The notes under the pieces are model-generated. The model had not been told where the DNA came from and searched no databases. It saw nothing but the letters and a program-made list of their open reading frames with translations. The position numbers and the translations under genes are program-made. From positions 1,106,925 to 1,170,924 of the forward strand of contig BCIN01000004.1 in NCBI GenBank assembly GCA_039545335.1: DNA of 64,000 bases. The letters are read 5' to 3'. Source of the DNA: Kondoa subrosea. Lineage: Eukaryota. Of the stretch, positions 1 through 17,262 are shown piece after piece; the stretch's first letter is position 1, and each line of letters opens with the position of its first letter.

Positions 1-794
1 GCAGAAGATCCTGAGGAGATTTCAACCAACGCTTTTCCACTGCAATACCATGTTTCAGCATGGTTAGGTTCAATGAAGAGGAAACGAACGGGTAAGTTGG
101 TTTTCCATCACCGTTATCGGCCGCATTGTTCTGGTAGTAATTGACTTCGTGACCGAATCCTAATCCGTACATCAGCCTCAGATATCCCAAGTACATTGAT
201 ATACTAATACTCACTCATTCGAACTTCCTTGAAACCCATAGTAGTCAAATTGGCAAAGACTTTGCATACTGCAACCGCATTCGTATTGTTACCGGTATTT
301 AAACCAGTCCAAGAAGTTTTAGGCATGACAGAGATTTCCAATATATCAGGAGCAGCAGCTAAGACGTCACCGAGGACACCATAGATTTGATCACCGGTGA
401 AAGGTTTTGAGGAATCAACTTGAGCGTAACGACCATATGTTGCGAAACGTTTGCCAGTTCTAGTGCATGTCGTGAGAAGGATTTGCGCGTGATCAATTCG
501 ACGGAAACTTACGCTAATGTCAAATCGCTCAAGTGTTGGCCGATACCTCCTCCGGAAGAGTCATCAGGTAGCTGTATAGTTTATCAATAAAGCCCCAAAT
601 TAGCAATGGAAAACACAAACTAATCCAAACGGAACTCCATTCAGTGTCAATTGCTCAGTGCTGACTTGTACAGGAGGCCAGACAGTGTTGTCTTTGATTG
701 CAGCGGCAGCGCGTCGATGCATGACTTGTCTGGATGATCCATGTGTAGCAGCTACGAAAGGAGCGACAATTGAGAGAAGGAGAAGAAAATGCAT
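1..794 (-). CDS. Secreted glycoside hydrolase, GH26-like (partial; 3' end runs off the window)
   Basis: Signal peptide MHFLLLLSIVAPFVAA at ATG 794. A spliced downstream exon reads (R)FGHEVNYYQ, matching the GH26 acid/base motif RFxHEMN. Confidence 0.65.
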
Positions 795-1456
795 TCTGGG
801 AAACTTTAAAAGGAATGTGGAAGGGCTAGGTTTAGCCAAAGTGGGATTGTTGTGGTTGAAGGAGAAAGGGAAAGAGAGAGGGAAATAGGAAAGCGTTAGT
901 AAAGTTCGGCTGACTGTAGTCGCATGGTTCTCTGACACATGAATCAAGCTTCTGTCGACCTAGAAGAGAACATCGAGCAGAATCAGGAGAAATTCATGAG
1001 AACTGCTCTTAAACGAGAAGCCATGCTGAACAGAGAGCCGGAAGCTGCACACTGTACATCAGAACCTCGGTGATGACTGCGACAAACGAAGTCGTAAGGA
1101 GATTTTGGGAAAGAGACAAGGATGTCGAGAAGATTTAGATCGCGGCCAGCGTGTAAGCAGTAAGGACTTAAAGTAATGGAGCAGCTCGAAGGCTAAGGCC
1201 TGCAGGAGCAAGCGCCTTTGCCCGCAGATCGATGATCGCAACAAATCTGCCAAATCTGATTGGTTCACTGAAGCAGGAGCGAGAATGGTAGAGAGAGCAG
1301 ACTGCATGACTGATTTCACACTTATGAGAGGTGTATCTCTTGTCATTAGCGAAATCCTCCGAAAGGGAGTCGCCACTTGACATTCGAAGGAGCTCGAGCA
1401 GTGACTTGGAGTTTGGTACCGATCTCATACCGTTCGCTCTTTATACCAGTGCAGTC

Positions 1457-4326
<2,870 letters not shown>

Positions 4327-4703
4327 ATGTTTCGATCGTGTTTCTTTCTTATCATGTTTTGTATTTACACTAAAGAGAATGGGCTGTTCGCCAATGCACA
4401 TTATATAACGTTAGCATGATTGCTGTCTGCGTTACTGATCGTATTCGACGTCTCTGCATCGCCTCAGCCATGGTACATTCGCTTCGAGATTTCCATTTGG
4501 CTTGACTAGTAACGGAAATCCAAATGATTTGCATACCTGCTTACTCGCCATAGATACCAGAATGCAGATACTAGCGGCTGTAAATCACGTCTATTGCTCG
4601 TTGAGCTCAACCACAAATTGCATGAATGGGCTTGAACTGGATTTCCTCTCCCTGGGATCGCTCCTACTACAGCTGTTGATGTTCTGTTGATTTTCGATTG
4701 CAT

Positions 4704-6889
4704 ATGGTTCCCTTTGATCCGTCCTGTCTGCTTGATTGGCTTCAAATCGCATCCTGTCCCGTGTGTATGGGACCTCTGGGCGACGTACAGCAGAAGGCTC
4801 TATCTCCTTGCTCTTATCTCGCTCTACATTGCCTCAACTATGATGACAAGATTGCATTGGTCCACCGACAGTGTTATGACTCTCAATTTGCGCTACGCAA
4901 CGAGGAATAGCAGCAGAACCCAACAGAGCAATTGACATTAAACCGTATGAAATGCTCTAAAGCTTTTGCTTTCCCTGTGTTATCAAGATACCGTCTTCTG
5001 TCCAGAAGAAAGCTTCGAAAGCCAATGACCTGAATAAATCGATTGATTCTTCTCTTCTTCCTGCCATATACTATCTTACAATACTCCGCGAAGCAAGTTC
5101 CAGAGTACCAGGCTTTCAATCCGACTAAGAATCAGCAAAGGCAAGTTGTAGAATCAGTTGACGCTATGGAGGTATGTCACATTCTCAAGGACTTGAGTAT
5201 AACTGCGAAGCATTGATCTGTTGCCACAGACTATGACTCCCTTCAATCTGACTGTTAAATATCTACAGGATTTTAACAGATCCTTAAATAACAACAGCGT
5301 AACACTGTCCTCAGCCTGGTTCTTCTCGGCCGGGAATCATATTCGTCAGCTTTCCGAGCACGATCATGGGCGTCTGCTCGACAATGAAGGACTTGCGCAA
5401 GCATATTGCCTGGTTTTCGATGGAGCGCTCAAAGAATGCATTGAGAATGGAAGTTCTCCCGGCAGGGCCGATCAGTTCAAAGTGCTAAAGGATATTAAGT
5501 CTGTAAGCTGTCGAACCATTCCGTCCAGACCATCGCTGATTTTTATCGAGCTATTTAGCGTGAACAGCGATACATAGGTACATAAATATTCTGCTAATCC
5601 TGTTGCGGTCTGACGCCCTTTGAATGCTCAGCTAAGCAGAACATACAACAACGTGTACAAACCTTGGTCAAGGCGCCTGAAACTGAATTTGACCCGGAAG
5701 CTCTTACGACGGTCGGCCGCCACATCTATCTGGTGCGCGACTGGGTCAAGACAACTTACGCTGGGAACCCAAACTTCAAGGTACTACTCATAAAGACTAT
5801 CGAGGCTTGGCGCAATCAAGCTGCCGAATTTCCTTGGGTCTGGAGGACTTTGACACATATTTCAAGGGTAAGGGTATACAATACGCGAAGATATGGTGGC
5901 AAGTGATTTGAGTAGACTTGAGCAGGAGCTTGCTACCCTTCCGATCCAACAGACACCTACACTTTCGCGCGCCAGTCCAGGACGGTCCTCGTCAGGTAAA
6001 GGTTTTGCAATATACCGATATATTCTGCTGAAATCACATATGCTAGTTCGCAAGATAAACCGGGTTTCCGTCGGTACGAAGCTATTTGCAGGAAATCTTC
6101 CTCTGCTGAATTGCTAGTGCACAGTTTGGTCAATATCAGAAACACTCGTTGGAAGCGAGTGTGCAGGCAGTGTAGCTTCCCGACCAACTTCAGCTCATAG
6201 TAATCAACCCGCCGGTGAGCAAAGTATGTACATATGTATGCACACACTCATCCTGATATAGGTTCCGTACATTCGGCTCCAGCTGCCGAGAAGAAGGGGA
6301 AAGAAGTGGCTGCCAGTCCTCCTTCACGTATGTACTATCAGGTTTATGATCGATCTTGCTAATATACGATCGCTCCGCAGATGCATCTCGTGCGGCAAGT
6401 CCTGCCCTATCAAGGTCAGCTAGCTATGCCTCACTGTCAGCAGCCCATGGTATGTTTGTATCACCATAACAGACCATATGTTGCGTTTGCTGATTGATCT
6501 TTAGCCAATTCGCGTCCAGGAACCCCCAGCGTACCAGAACAACACTCTGCCTTGAAGCTCGTCATTCCAAATAGTCAAATTTCTGCGGCTATGAGCAAGT
6601 TACAGCTCTCACCAATCGATCCTCGTGCGTGGAATGTTGATGCTCTCGCTGTTACTTGTCCTGACATATTGCCATAGATTTTCAGCCGGGCACTGCTGCA
6701 GCAAGTCCTAGTCCAATGGAGGTGAAGATTGAAACTGTGAGATGCACTGCACTTGGACACGAGCACTATGTCACCAGACGCACAACTCAGCCATTTGGTT
6801 TTGATTCACCATACAAGTATCAGTATTTGGACACTTCGACTGGCGCCTGGAAAGATCACTGCCCTATCCCAACCGCTCGCAGAAGCTGA
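4704..6889 (+). CDS. Hypothetical multi-exon protein with an N-terminal Cys/His (possible RING-like) segment
   Basis: Exon-like ORF pieces joined by GT-AG introns: MVPFDPSCLLDWLQIASCPVCMG..HC..HRQC, TMTPFNLTVKYL..., VKAPETEFDPE..., last exon ...DHCPIPTARRS*. Boundaries uncertain. Confidence 0.5.
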
Positions 6890-7107
6890 ACGACATATGG
6901 TTTAGAAAAGCTGTATAGTCGAAGATAGTGCAGTATGGGGATTTCATGTTTTCCCTCGCTTTCTATAATACTACTTTCGTGCTTCTTTCATGTATTACAT
7001 CATTCGTTGCCCCTTGATATGAAGAGTTCAACAGGAATTTTGTCTATCATGTAAATTGCGGTCACTGCAATGTCGAAATCTTGACTCATAACTACGACAA
7101 ACCAGTA

Positions 7108-9061
7108 ATGTCAGAAGAAGAGAGACCTGTGGATACCAGAGAAGCTTCAGACTCGGAGGACGATACCCCTAATGGTGCTGCAGAAGATGAGACCTCTCAG
7201 ATTGTACGACTCGACTCAATGAAAGAAACTCAAGTCGACGCATCCACGCTGAACCCGCTCACTCCTTCTGTTATTGCCTCGCAAGCTACTATTGTGAGTG
7301 CTAGGCCACCTTATCGCAGTCTCATGACGCTCATAGCTGGGCTTGTCTCGATAATTTAGAATATTGGTACAATCGGACATGTAGCGCACGGAAAGTCTAC
7401 AGTAGTCAAAGCTATCTCTGGAGTTATGACTGTTCGATTCAAGAACGAATTAGAAAGGAACATTACCATTAAATTGGGTTATGCGAATGCAAAAGTCGGC
7501 CCTTCATTTCTATTTCGATTGAAGCAAAGGCTTGATGAGCGAGCACGAACAGATCTTCAAATGCGACACTTGCCCAAGACCAGAATGCTATCAGAGTTTC
7601 CCAAGTTCGAAAGAAGATAATCCGCCTTGTCCGAGAGCGAATTGCAAAGGAACATTGAACCTTCAGCGGTTAGTCTTCCGCATGATTGGCCTCTTAAAAT
7701 GCTCATCTATGGATGCAGGCATGTATCTTTTGTCGATTGTCCGGGTCACGACATCCTCATGGCTACAATGTTGAATGGTGCCGCAGTCATGGACGCTGCT
7801 TTACTTCTAGTAGCAGGCAACGAAACCTGCCCTCAACCCCAAACATCAGAGCATTTGGCAGCTATTGAAATTATGAAGCTGAAACACATCATTATCTTGC
7901 AGTCAGTCTTGAATCAGCGAGGTCTGACATTAGCTGATATGTAAACACAGAAACAAGGTCGATCTGATCAGAGAACAGCAAGCAGAAGAACATCAACAAT
8001 CTATTGTCAAATTCGTCAAAGGCACAGTAGCTGATTCAGCGCCTATTATTCCAATTTCCGCTCAACTGAAGTACAACATCGAAGCGGTCAACGAGTACAT
8101 TTGCAACCACATTCCAGTACCTGTTCGGGATTTCCTTTCCTCACCTCGATTGATTGTCATTCGTTCTTTCGACGTCAACAAACCAGGAGCAGAAGTTTCT
8201 GATCTGAAAGGAGGTGTAGCAGGTGGATCAATTCTGAACGGTGTATTGAGATTAGGTCAAGAGATTGAAGTCCGACCTGGAATCATTACCAAAGACAACG
8301 AAGGTCGAACGAGATGTCAACCAATTTTCTCTAGAGTGTCTTCCCTTCTGGCGGAAAAGAATGAATTGCAGTATGCTGTACCGGGTGGATTGATTGGTGT
8401 GGGAACAATTATTGATCCTTCTCTATGTCGTGCGGATCGATTGGTCGGCCAAGTGTTGGGTTCGCCTGGAAAACTTCCGGATATTTATACCGAGTTGGAA
8501 GTCAATTTCTTCTTGCTAAGGAGGTGAGATTGCATTTAACGTGTGTGACATTGAATGCTAAAGAATGTATAGACTGCTCGGTGTACGAACGGACGACAAG
8601 AAGCAGACTAAAGTATGCAATCGTCCTTACCTTTGGATTCATTTCGAGGCTGAATTCGCTTTGCAGGTCGGCAAATTAACAAAAGGAGAGATTCTCATGT
8701 TGAACATTGGATCTGTGCGTTGTTTTCCTAGCCTATCAGGCTTGAATATCGTCTAATTCCTCACTCTTCAGACTTCCACCGGAGGCAAAATCTTGGCTAC
8801 AAAAGGAGATCTAGCAAAGATTGCTCTTATCACACCTTCATGCACGGAGATCGGAGAGAAGGTCGCTCTATCGCGAAGAATAGAAAAGGTTTGTCCGATT
8901 TGGAGGGAGCTTGAACTCAGCTAACCTATCCATCTCTTTTAGCATTGGCGATTAGTTGGTCAGTACTTATTGAGTGAATCGGCTGATGCTGTGCTGAATA
9001 TGTCTTGCGTCTAGGTTGGGGATCGGTCAGCGCTGGACGTGTGCTGGAGTTAAAGAGCTAA
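7108..9061 (+). CDS. GCD11: Translation initiation factor eIF2 gamma subunit
   Basis: [75 protein letters not shown]. Confidence 0.98.
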
Positions 9062-9303
9062 GAAGCGATTTGCGTGACAATGAGAATGCAACGAATATCA
9101 TTGTACTGTGTCTGGTTTTTTCTCTTCTCTGCTGTACCTTGTTGGCTGATATTGCAGTTCATACCAAGTCTGTTGAGGTCCAAGCCTAAGTCTGTCTCAT
9201 CCCTTTGTCTCACTCGTGTTATCGGTCTGTCTGTTCTTCCGTCTTCTCCCAATCTCTTCCTGCCATCTTCCTTGAATTCTTGCGTACTTTATTGCCATTG
9301 GCC

Positions 9304-11687
9304 ATGACAGCTCACCCTCTCTCTTGCGCCGACTTGATCAAGTTAATTCTAGATAGAGATCAAATTGACATCAAAGCATTCGCCTATTCAGAAGATCAGC
9401 TTGTCAAGCTCAAGCAAGGTGCTACTAAAGCCAGTCCTCGAGTTGGTATCACTCGAGACGAAAGATGGCAAGTCCATTCTGATTGGGGCGCTCATGCCCA
9501 GCAACCTTCAGCGTTGCATGTTGCTCAAGGTCAATTCGTCTTACTCAAGGCCCTGGTCGATGGGCACTATGCCAGTACGATCCGAGTTGTGATTGAGCGT
9601 CATTCCGGAATGCATCTAGCAGATTTATTGTCATATGAGGCGGAAATTGAAGATTTCTGGGTTGCCGATTCTCATGGTTTCAAGCAGAAGATCTTAGCAA
9701 GTGCCCAGAAGTCTCTGGCTATGACTCAGATCCAACTCGCAGAATTAATCATGAAGGCTCGAGGCAAGAGACGCTCGATCGTTCTTCCAGGCGGTGCAAA
9801 GAATGCCAAAGGAGAGTATTATTCAGCTATAACCTACGGTCATGCTGGATATAGTTGGTTCAGTCAACCGGGTCGAACATACTACATGTACAGAGATCTT
9901 TGAAACTGCGATCCGAAAGTACAGTATTGCGCGAGAACCAAGATTCACGTTTGACGGGACTCATCTATGTGGTATCATTGTTACTCTGTGGAGGCTGTTC
10001 TCGTTCCATCGCTCCACGAGGTATTGATTTTCCGCATGAGTGCTGTAAAACCTGCTGCTCTTTCACTTCCGCTCTCTTTTGCTCCGTACAATCCCACAAG
10101 TCGTCGCGACAGCTGCTACAGTCGGAACTTTGCACTTCGACTGTTGATCGCTTCTGCTTCTTTTTTTGACGTGATTATTTCCCCTTTGACCGAAAAGGCG
10201 CGCCTGGGCAGTTCTAGACGGCGATGAGATGCTAGTAGCACGCGTTCCTGGTCTCCTATGTGCTTTGCTCGAGTGAGGAATTCTCTTCTCTTCCCGTGTC
10301 AAACCTTTCCTCTCATTTTCACATAATGTCATGGCAAGCATTAGCTCGCGGTCGACATCGGAAGCACTCTCTGCGGAGGGTCAACATGGCGTAACCTTGC
10401 TTTCTGCGCGAAGGTCATACTTTTTGCACCTATGCGAGCCTTGGTAATCCTGCTTTGCCTAACGGGCTCTTCACAAGCAGGGTTCGAGATCAAGTGTTAC
10501 GCTGTGCGCTTCGCCAACAATCTCTCGAGTTCGACTGTCTTCCTATTCTTTGCTAGACTCTTACTGTTTGAAGAATCATTGCTGACTCACTTTGACGGTT
10601 CGACAGTTGAAATTTTGGAACGTTTGTCATGCCAGGGTTGATCGCCGATCAAACATTCCTTGCTTGTACAACTTGCCAGATTTGGTGTCAGCCCGTAACA
10701 GATCTGTGAGTACTCGTGCAAACATGTTAGGAAGTCAGTTCATTCCATTTCCGCCCTTTTACAGTCTCGTACACCGCGAGCTAATGATTCTCGTTCGGCA
10801 CCTCGAGCACCTGTCTCCACTCGTCGCGAATCAGAAACTTCAGATCGCTCGTCCAAATCATCGCACGCTATCGAGTCAGGGTCAAATACTCTTTCTACTG
10901 CATCTGGCTCACATACGCCTGACGATAATGCGGTGGAGCGCTTTTCAGGTGTGCAATACTACTTGCATACTTGTATGCCAACTGATCCCCGATCGCTTGC
11001 CTACAGGTCCTCTGCCTAAAGAATGTGACCCTCGGTTTCATCATACCTGTATGACTGCTCTCACCAGTCTGGTCGAAGTCGCTGCGCTGCACAATGAACA
11101 CATTGTCGCCAAACATAAACAGCGACTTCAAGCTCAACAGCGACGGGACCTGCTCGAGCCGCAGAACAGCTTCAAATATCGGAACGCGATCAGGGGTATC
11201 AATGAGAGCCTCGATTTCATTGCATGTGTTATGCTAGCTCATGACGAGGGGTAAGCTCACTTTCCTATTTTTCTTTAAAACTTTGGCTTATTCCATCTTT
11301 GCAGGTACATCAACCGTTCGTTAAAAGAATTCCTTCGCAGTCTTCGGAACGAGGAGTCGCATATAACTCGCTGCAACGATCAACGTCCATTACACGAGTC
11401 GATGCAGATGTTCGATGAGCTGCTCACTTTCTTGCGCCGCATAGGTCGGTGATACTCAATTCTATGTTGTGAATTAATTGCTGCTTTCGATTTTGATAGA
11501 CTGCTCTACTGCTATTCCTAGGATGCACGTGCAGAAAGCTGTCTTTTTCGATACTTTGCGTTCAACAGAAAACATTGTTTTCGATGGCCTTCCGGCTGAT
11601 CAGATGCTCGCGAATAGGAAAAGGAAAAGAGAAAGCGGAGAGAATGAATTTACTTCTATCAAAGCGGGCAAGCGATGTTTCATGTAA
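9304..11687 (+). CDS. Hypothetical multi-exon protein, no family recognised
   Basis: Long first exon MTAHPLSCADLIKLIL... followed by spliceable exons (…RLPTGPLPKECDPRFHH…). Ends in a basic NLS-like NRKRKRES...GKRCFM*. Confidence 0.55.
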
Positions 11688-12314
11688 ATGTCTTAAAAGA
11701 GGTGTATGATATGCGGTTGTACATAGCATAGGGCGCGATTTTGCATTAGACTCTGCCTGTTCGAGCTTTACTCCCACATCTGCATTGGCTATCTCATTGT
11801 TTCTTACTGTGAACTGTTGTAAGACGAGTGTTGACGAAATGACGATCATGAAGACTACCACTGAGTCTACTTCCTCTTGCGAATTACAAAAGCAAGAATG
11901 CAGGGTCTTGCTAGCGCTTGACATAAACTCATGACCTTCTGTCGCAAGCGCTTCGATAACTTCAATGTACCAACCCGAACGAAGCAAGGCTACGAATTTG
12001 AGCGGTTCAGCGATGTAAGAGACCAAGAATACAAGAAGACAGAACAGAAAACTAAAGCTTGAAACCAGAGTTCTCAAAGGCCAATTTTACGAAACAAAGG
12101 ACACGAAACAACAAGCAGGCAGGAAAAGTGCCATGACATCGCTAGGAGCTAGTAGAATCGAGTTTTGATGACTGAGACGCAAGCGCAAATCGTAGGAGAA
12201 GATAAAATCAAAGCAGAGTACAGGCAGCAGGAGATATTTCAATGAACGAGAGTTCCATAAAATCCAGGAAATGCGTTCATGGAAGTTGCTCTTCAAGAAA
12301 CGTCGAATCTGTGA

Positions 12315-15300
12315 ATGGATGAGAACACGCCTCCTGGTGTGAGCAAAGCTGCAGATCAAGCAACAAGTGCAGCAGTCCCTTCAAGCAGCTTCTTCGGTGC
12401 ACCTCCTCAGCGCAAGTTGACTTACGCTCGACCTGTTTCCACATCTATTCGCCAGCCTTTGACTCGCTCCAGGCCGAGCTCGGTCAGCGCTATAGACGAT
12501 GATGCAAGCGATGACGATGCAGACAGCATTGCTGCAGTGGATGGTGATCAAGACAAAGATATTCTAATGGCGGAAGCTCATTCTTGGGGGTACACTGAGC
12601 ACAACAACGGCTCTTCTGCCAGCTTACCTGCCTTGATCCAAGTAGCACAACATCAAGACACGGGCAAACCAGATCCATTCGAGCTGAGCAACCCTAGCGA
12701 ATTGATCAAGCACAGTCCTGGGACTGGAGTGCTGGTCTCGCGCCTTATTGGAGTGGATCATCCTGATTTCCGTCAAGGCTCTTTAGGCAACTGGAAGCAT
12801 CCTTTCTTCTCTTACCAAATCTTAGAAGAAACTTTCAAGGCAACTCCTACTATTCCTACACCCGACTCTCAGCTTTCTACAAATAGCGCACCATCTCAAG
12901 TATCTTCCGCTTCGTCGCAAGTATCGGCCGTACATACCCCAGATCTAACTTTAGAAGAAGCAGAAGCTGCTAAACCTCACCCAAATGCTTTCTTCAGCCC
13001 AAAGACCTACGGCTGGAGTATTGTTACACCTTGGCCCGCAGATCACTTAGATCCAGCTCCTAGATTGAAATCACTAGAAGGGCGATGTAGTGGTGGAACC
13101 TACCTATCAGAATCTAAAGCTCATCATTTCGTTGCTTTGCCAAAACTTGTGGATCCAAGATATGTGTTCCTTAAAGGAGAAGAATTAGAAAAGAGTACTC
13201 GTTTGTCATAATTCTCATCAGCAAGTTGCTGTTCTAATAATGATGAATAACAGCTACGCCGAAAGAGCAATGGTGGATGCTTCATATTTGCTCAGCCTGC
13301 TCTTTATCAGTCGTCTGCTCTCCTGAAGGTGTCATACCGATGCTTACTGGAAAATCGATAGCCGAGACATTTGAGAAACATATCCTGAGCAACCCTTCAC
13401 CAAATGCTAAAGACACACCGAAACTTGGATTACTATATGCTTGGGAGGTTGTTTGGAGGATCTTGGACAATGTTCTGTTACGAGCGGAAAGGAGGCCTAT
13501 GTCGGTCAGCGGGACAGTGTTTGCTAGTAAAGTGGGCTGGGGCAATCATAGGTAAGCAAAGACCTTTGATTTGTAGATGACTCTGACTGATGTTCTGCAA
13601 GCTGTCTACTTTTCCAAGCACTTGGCTTCACTTTCGACTCGGACAGCCTTCAACTGCAGATGCCCGCCGTTGCTGGCGATTCGACGGAAGCTGTCGAGAC
13701 AAGAGCCAGATTGTTCAAGGCCTGGACAGAGATTGGGTTGATTATGCTCAACTTGCAAAAAGAGATTGGTCGGTCGAATTACAGCAGCCTAAGAGAAATA
13801 CTGATCCTGTGTCTTTCACTATCACAGGCAAAGTAGCAATAGATCAATGCAAAAGTCGGATCCGTCAATGTCTTCAGTTACAGGAAGATAGCAATACTCG
13901 CGAGAGAGTTGCTTCCTTCTTCGGAGGCGATCATAGTGAGAAACGTGTCCGAACATTCTTAACGCTAAAATAATCGATATATATGATAGTTCCAAAGATC
14001 ACAAATTCAAAGTCTGAATGGTCAACAGTTGGTAAAGGCAACTCCGTCACTCGCAATAGACCGTCATCGCAATACTACAAACGTCTCGGCTGCACTCCTC
14101 TCGACCCAGACAGCTACCTCGAATTCTCTTTCATCAGGCAACGCGATGTAGATCCTGAATCCAGTCCAGATTACTTCTCAGCTCTTACGCACATTAGCGC
14201 CAATAAAGAAAGCGTGGAACTGCAAACAGCTGTTGCAAAAGCCAAATCAGAAAATTACTATACAACAGAAGATGTTATGGCTGCCTATGCCAGCTTGGGC
14301 TTCGATCCAACAGCTATAGATGGCGCGAACGGCATTGGACCAGTATCGGATATTGACGATCAAGTTATTGCAGATAAGTGGAACCAGAAACGCGTAGAAT
14401 TGGCAGAAGCCAAACAAGAACCGGAATTGATTGCTCTAAACGATTCGCTGCAACTGATTGCGATGGTTCGAAAGAGTGAATTTCTTAGTATAACCTTACA
14501 ATCTCTCAAGAGCGAGAATGAAGCACCGCCGATGTCGCTGGACAAGGCGATCAAAATTCTTGAAGTCCCTGCGGATGTTGACGATGTGCTTCTGATGAAC
14601 ATTTACAGTATGGGCGTGAGTGCTCTTCCTAATGAATCCGTGTCGGTCGCTGGATTGGTTCTGTCAGGTCACGGAGTTCCCTAAAAGAGAAAAAGAACTT
14701 GAAAAGGCATTGAGCGTTATCGCGGAGCATCGAAATAGCGCTGTACTGAGACGCTATCTGGAAACCAAAGTCATCGGTAGGTTGACTAGCGATCCCATGC
14801 CATCTTACTAAAGTGACGAGCAGAAACGGATACCCCATTCACGGAACAGAAACAACCAGTCTCAGCGGATAGACCTGCTGGACTTGAAAAGTATTTTGAC
14901 ATGCTTGGACTATGTCCTGAAAGCTGATTGTATCGCCTTAGCATCGGCAATACCTGTTATCTTAATTCATTACTTCAGGTATGTCCTGCCATCTTTGCCA
15001 TTCTATAGCCCTTACAGTAGCGAGATAGTACTTCTTCACCATAAGGGAATTGCGCGATATCATTCTCAGCTATGACCAATATGCGGAGCCTACTACATCT
15101 ATACCCAGCAAAGAGAAACGAGTTGGAGGACGGATCGTCACTCCAGCAGAGATCGAACGAGCACGCAAATGTAAGCTTCTTAGCCGATCTTGAAGATGGT
15201 AAAGCTGACATATGGTATTAGTCGTTGAGCATTTACAAACACTTTTCATGCAACTTATTCATACAGATCAACCTGCCATTCGACCCGAACTAGAATTAGC

Positions 15301-17103
15301 TTACCTCGCTCTCGTTACTACCCAAGATGAGCAAGAAAAAAAGAAGGAGGAGGAAAAGAAAGAAGCAGAAAAGGCAACTGCGGAAGCATCCAAAACAAGT
15401 GAAACAACACCAATCGAAGCGAACAAAGGAGACATGGATGTCGATCAACCAGAAGACAGCACTTCTGCGCCCGCTCTTGGAAAACGCGACAGCGACGATA
15501 TGGAAGCAGAAGCTATTTCTGCCGAACTTCTTGGGCAGAGTAAACCTGTCGCTGCAGCTCCAAGCCCTACAGATGAGATGAATCTCGATTCGCCATCGAA
15601 ACCTAGCGAGCCACTTCCGGAAGTATCGACCTCGATAGTAGAATCGAATCTTATAGCTACAGAACTTCCGGACGGCGTGACTGAAATAACGCCTGAAACA
15701 AGTATAACTGGTCCTCCACCTCTGCCACCTCGAAAGAAAGTGGAAGAGAAGAAAGCAGCCAATTCGGGAGAAATGATGTTTGGTTAGTCGGCCGTAGTAC
15801 TTTTTCGTTATTGACACTCATCTCCAACTCTCAGGCAAGCAACATGATGTCTCCGAATGTATGGATAATGTCGTCTTCCAGATTGAAGCTGCTCTAGATC
15901 CGGAAAAGCTTCAGGCAGCGTTAGGGGATGCAGCGATAGTCCAAAAGTACGCAATACCTCTTGCATTCGAGTATCTCACTCAACATTCTTGGTTAGACTC
16001 TTCTTTGGTAAAACAAGGCAAACGCTAGATTTCGAAGACCCAGCAATTTCAACTCGTTCGAAAGAGGAAACATTCTCGTACCTCTTAGTGGATGTAGCAG
16101 AAGAAGGCCGAGATCTGTACGATGGTCTGGACTCAGCTTTCCAGGAGTCGCTAGTAGAGATTGAAGGACATAAAGCGAGGCGGAAAGTCGGTTTACTTGC
16201 TGCGCCGCCTGTTTTGCAAGTTCAACTACAAGTGAGTCAAGCATTCTCACGGAGTCTCATGTGACTGATGTACAATGTAGCGCGTTCAATTCGACCGAAA
16301 CACTTCCAGGATCTTCAAATCTCATGCCCATTTATCTTACCCTCAAACAATTCGACTGGATCGCTATTTCCAAGTTGATCCTTCTGATGATACTCGAACA
16401 GAGCAAGTTGCTCAAGTCAGCAAATTGAAAGAACAGCTCATAACTGCTCGAGAACAAAACGCTCTCTTCTCCTCAACACAAGCAAGTGCCGTTGTACCTA
16501 ATTTGAACTTATTATCAACTTTCAGTGCAGAAGTAGCTAAAGCCCTTGGAGAAGAAGGATTTGATAGTACTACTGAATTGCAAGAAGAAGTCGTTCATTT
16601 TACTCAGCAGAAAGAAGTTGCTTTTACTCAAGTTCAGAAATTGAGGGAAGAGATTGAAGAAGTTTGGGCTAGGACTGAACCGGTTCATGAGTATGAATTG
16701 GCTAGTGTCTTCATGCATCGAGGTTTGTCTTTTTTCTCAGTACAGAGAGGCGTGATGAGCTGATATATTGATTAGGCGAAGCTAGCTTTGGCCATTATTA
16801 TTTACATCAACGCGCCTTACCTAGTCAACCGGATCGATGGCTCAAATTCAACGATCAGCAGGTAAGCCCTGTACTGCTGGTGAAGAAACATCGAAGCTAA
16901 AGTGAAGATCACGACATAGGTCACGGATATTCCGGCTTCTGACGTATTTGCTAATACTACGGGTCTGAAAGAATCACCTTATTGGCTGAGTGAGTTCTCT
17001 TCTCTATCATTGAAGAGGATGTGCTGATGGGAGAGTGAGTACAGCTTATGTGAAGAAGAATCAGCCAATTGTCGACGCAGTTCATCGGGTCTTATCGACG
17101 TAG
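12315..17103 (+). CDS. UBP2: Ubiquitin carboxyl-terminal hydrolase, Ubp2 type (USP family)
   Basis: Cys box [39 protein letters not shown], His box FMHRGEASFGHYY..WLKFND. Long N-terminal region with Ubp2-like 'LDKAIKILEV' repeats. Confidence 0.93.
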
Positions 17104-17262
17104 AAGTGTGTATTATACTATGCACATAGAATGTAGACAATGGCACGACCTTTGTTTTGATTTTCTTTGCCGCCCTTTCTCCAGGAAATTGACTCTCGCT
17201 TTTGACCCAAAACAACAACCTTTGACTTTCTCAAATCTCACTAACTTCCTCTCTATACAAGC

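Noticed and set aside
11562..12134. 171-aa minus-strand ORF between the orphan gene and UBP2
   Set aside because: Starts at a non-ATG codon, my splicing from the nearest ATG hits an early stop, and no family is recognisable.
15296..15817. Antisense and alternative-frame ORFs over UBP2 (similar ones over H1, DLIC and the RRM gene)
   Set aside because: Shadow ORFs of low-complexity coding sequence.
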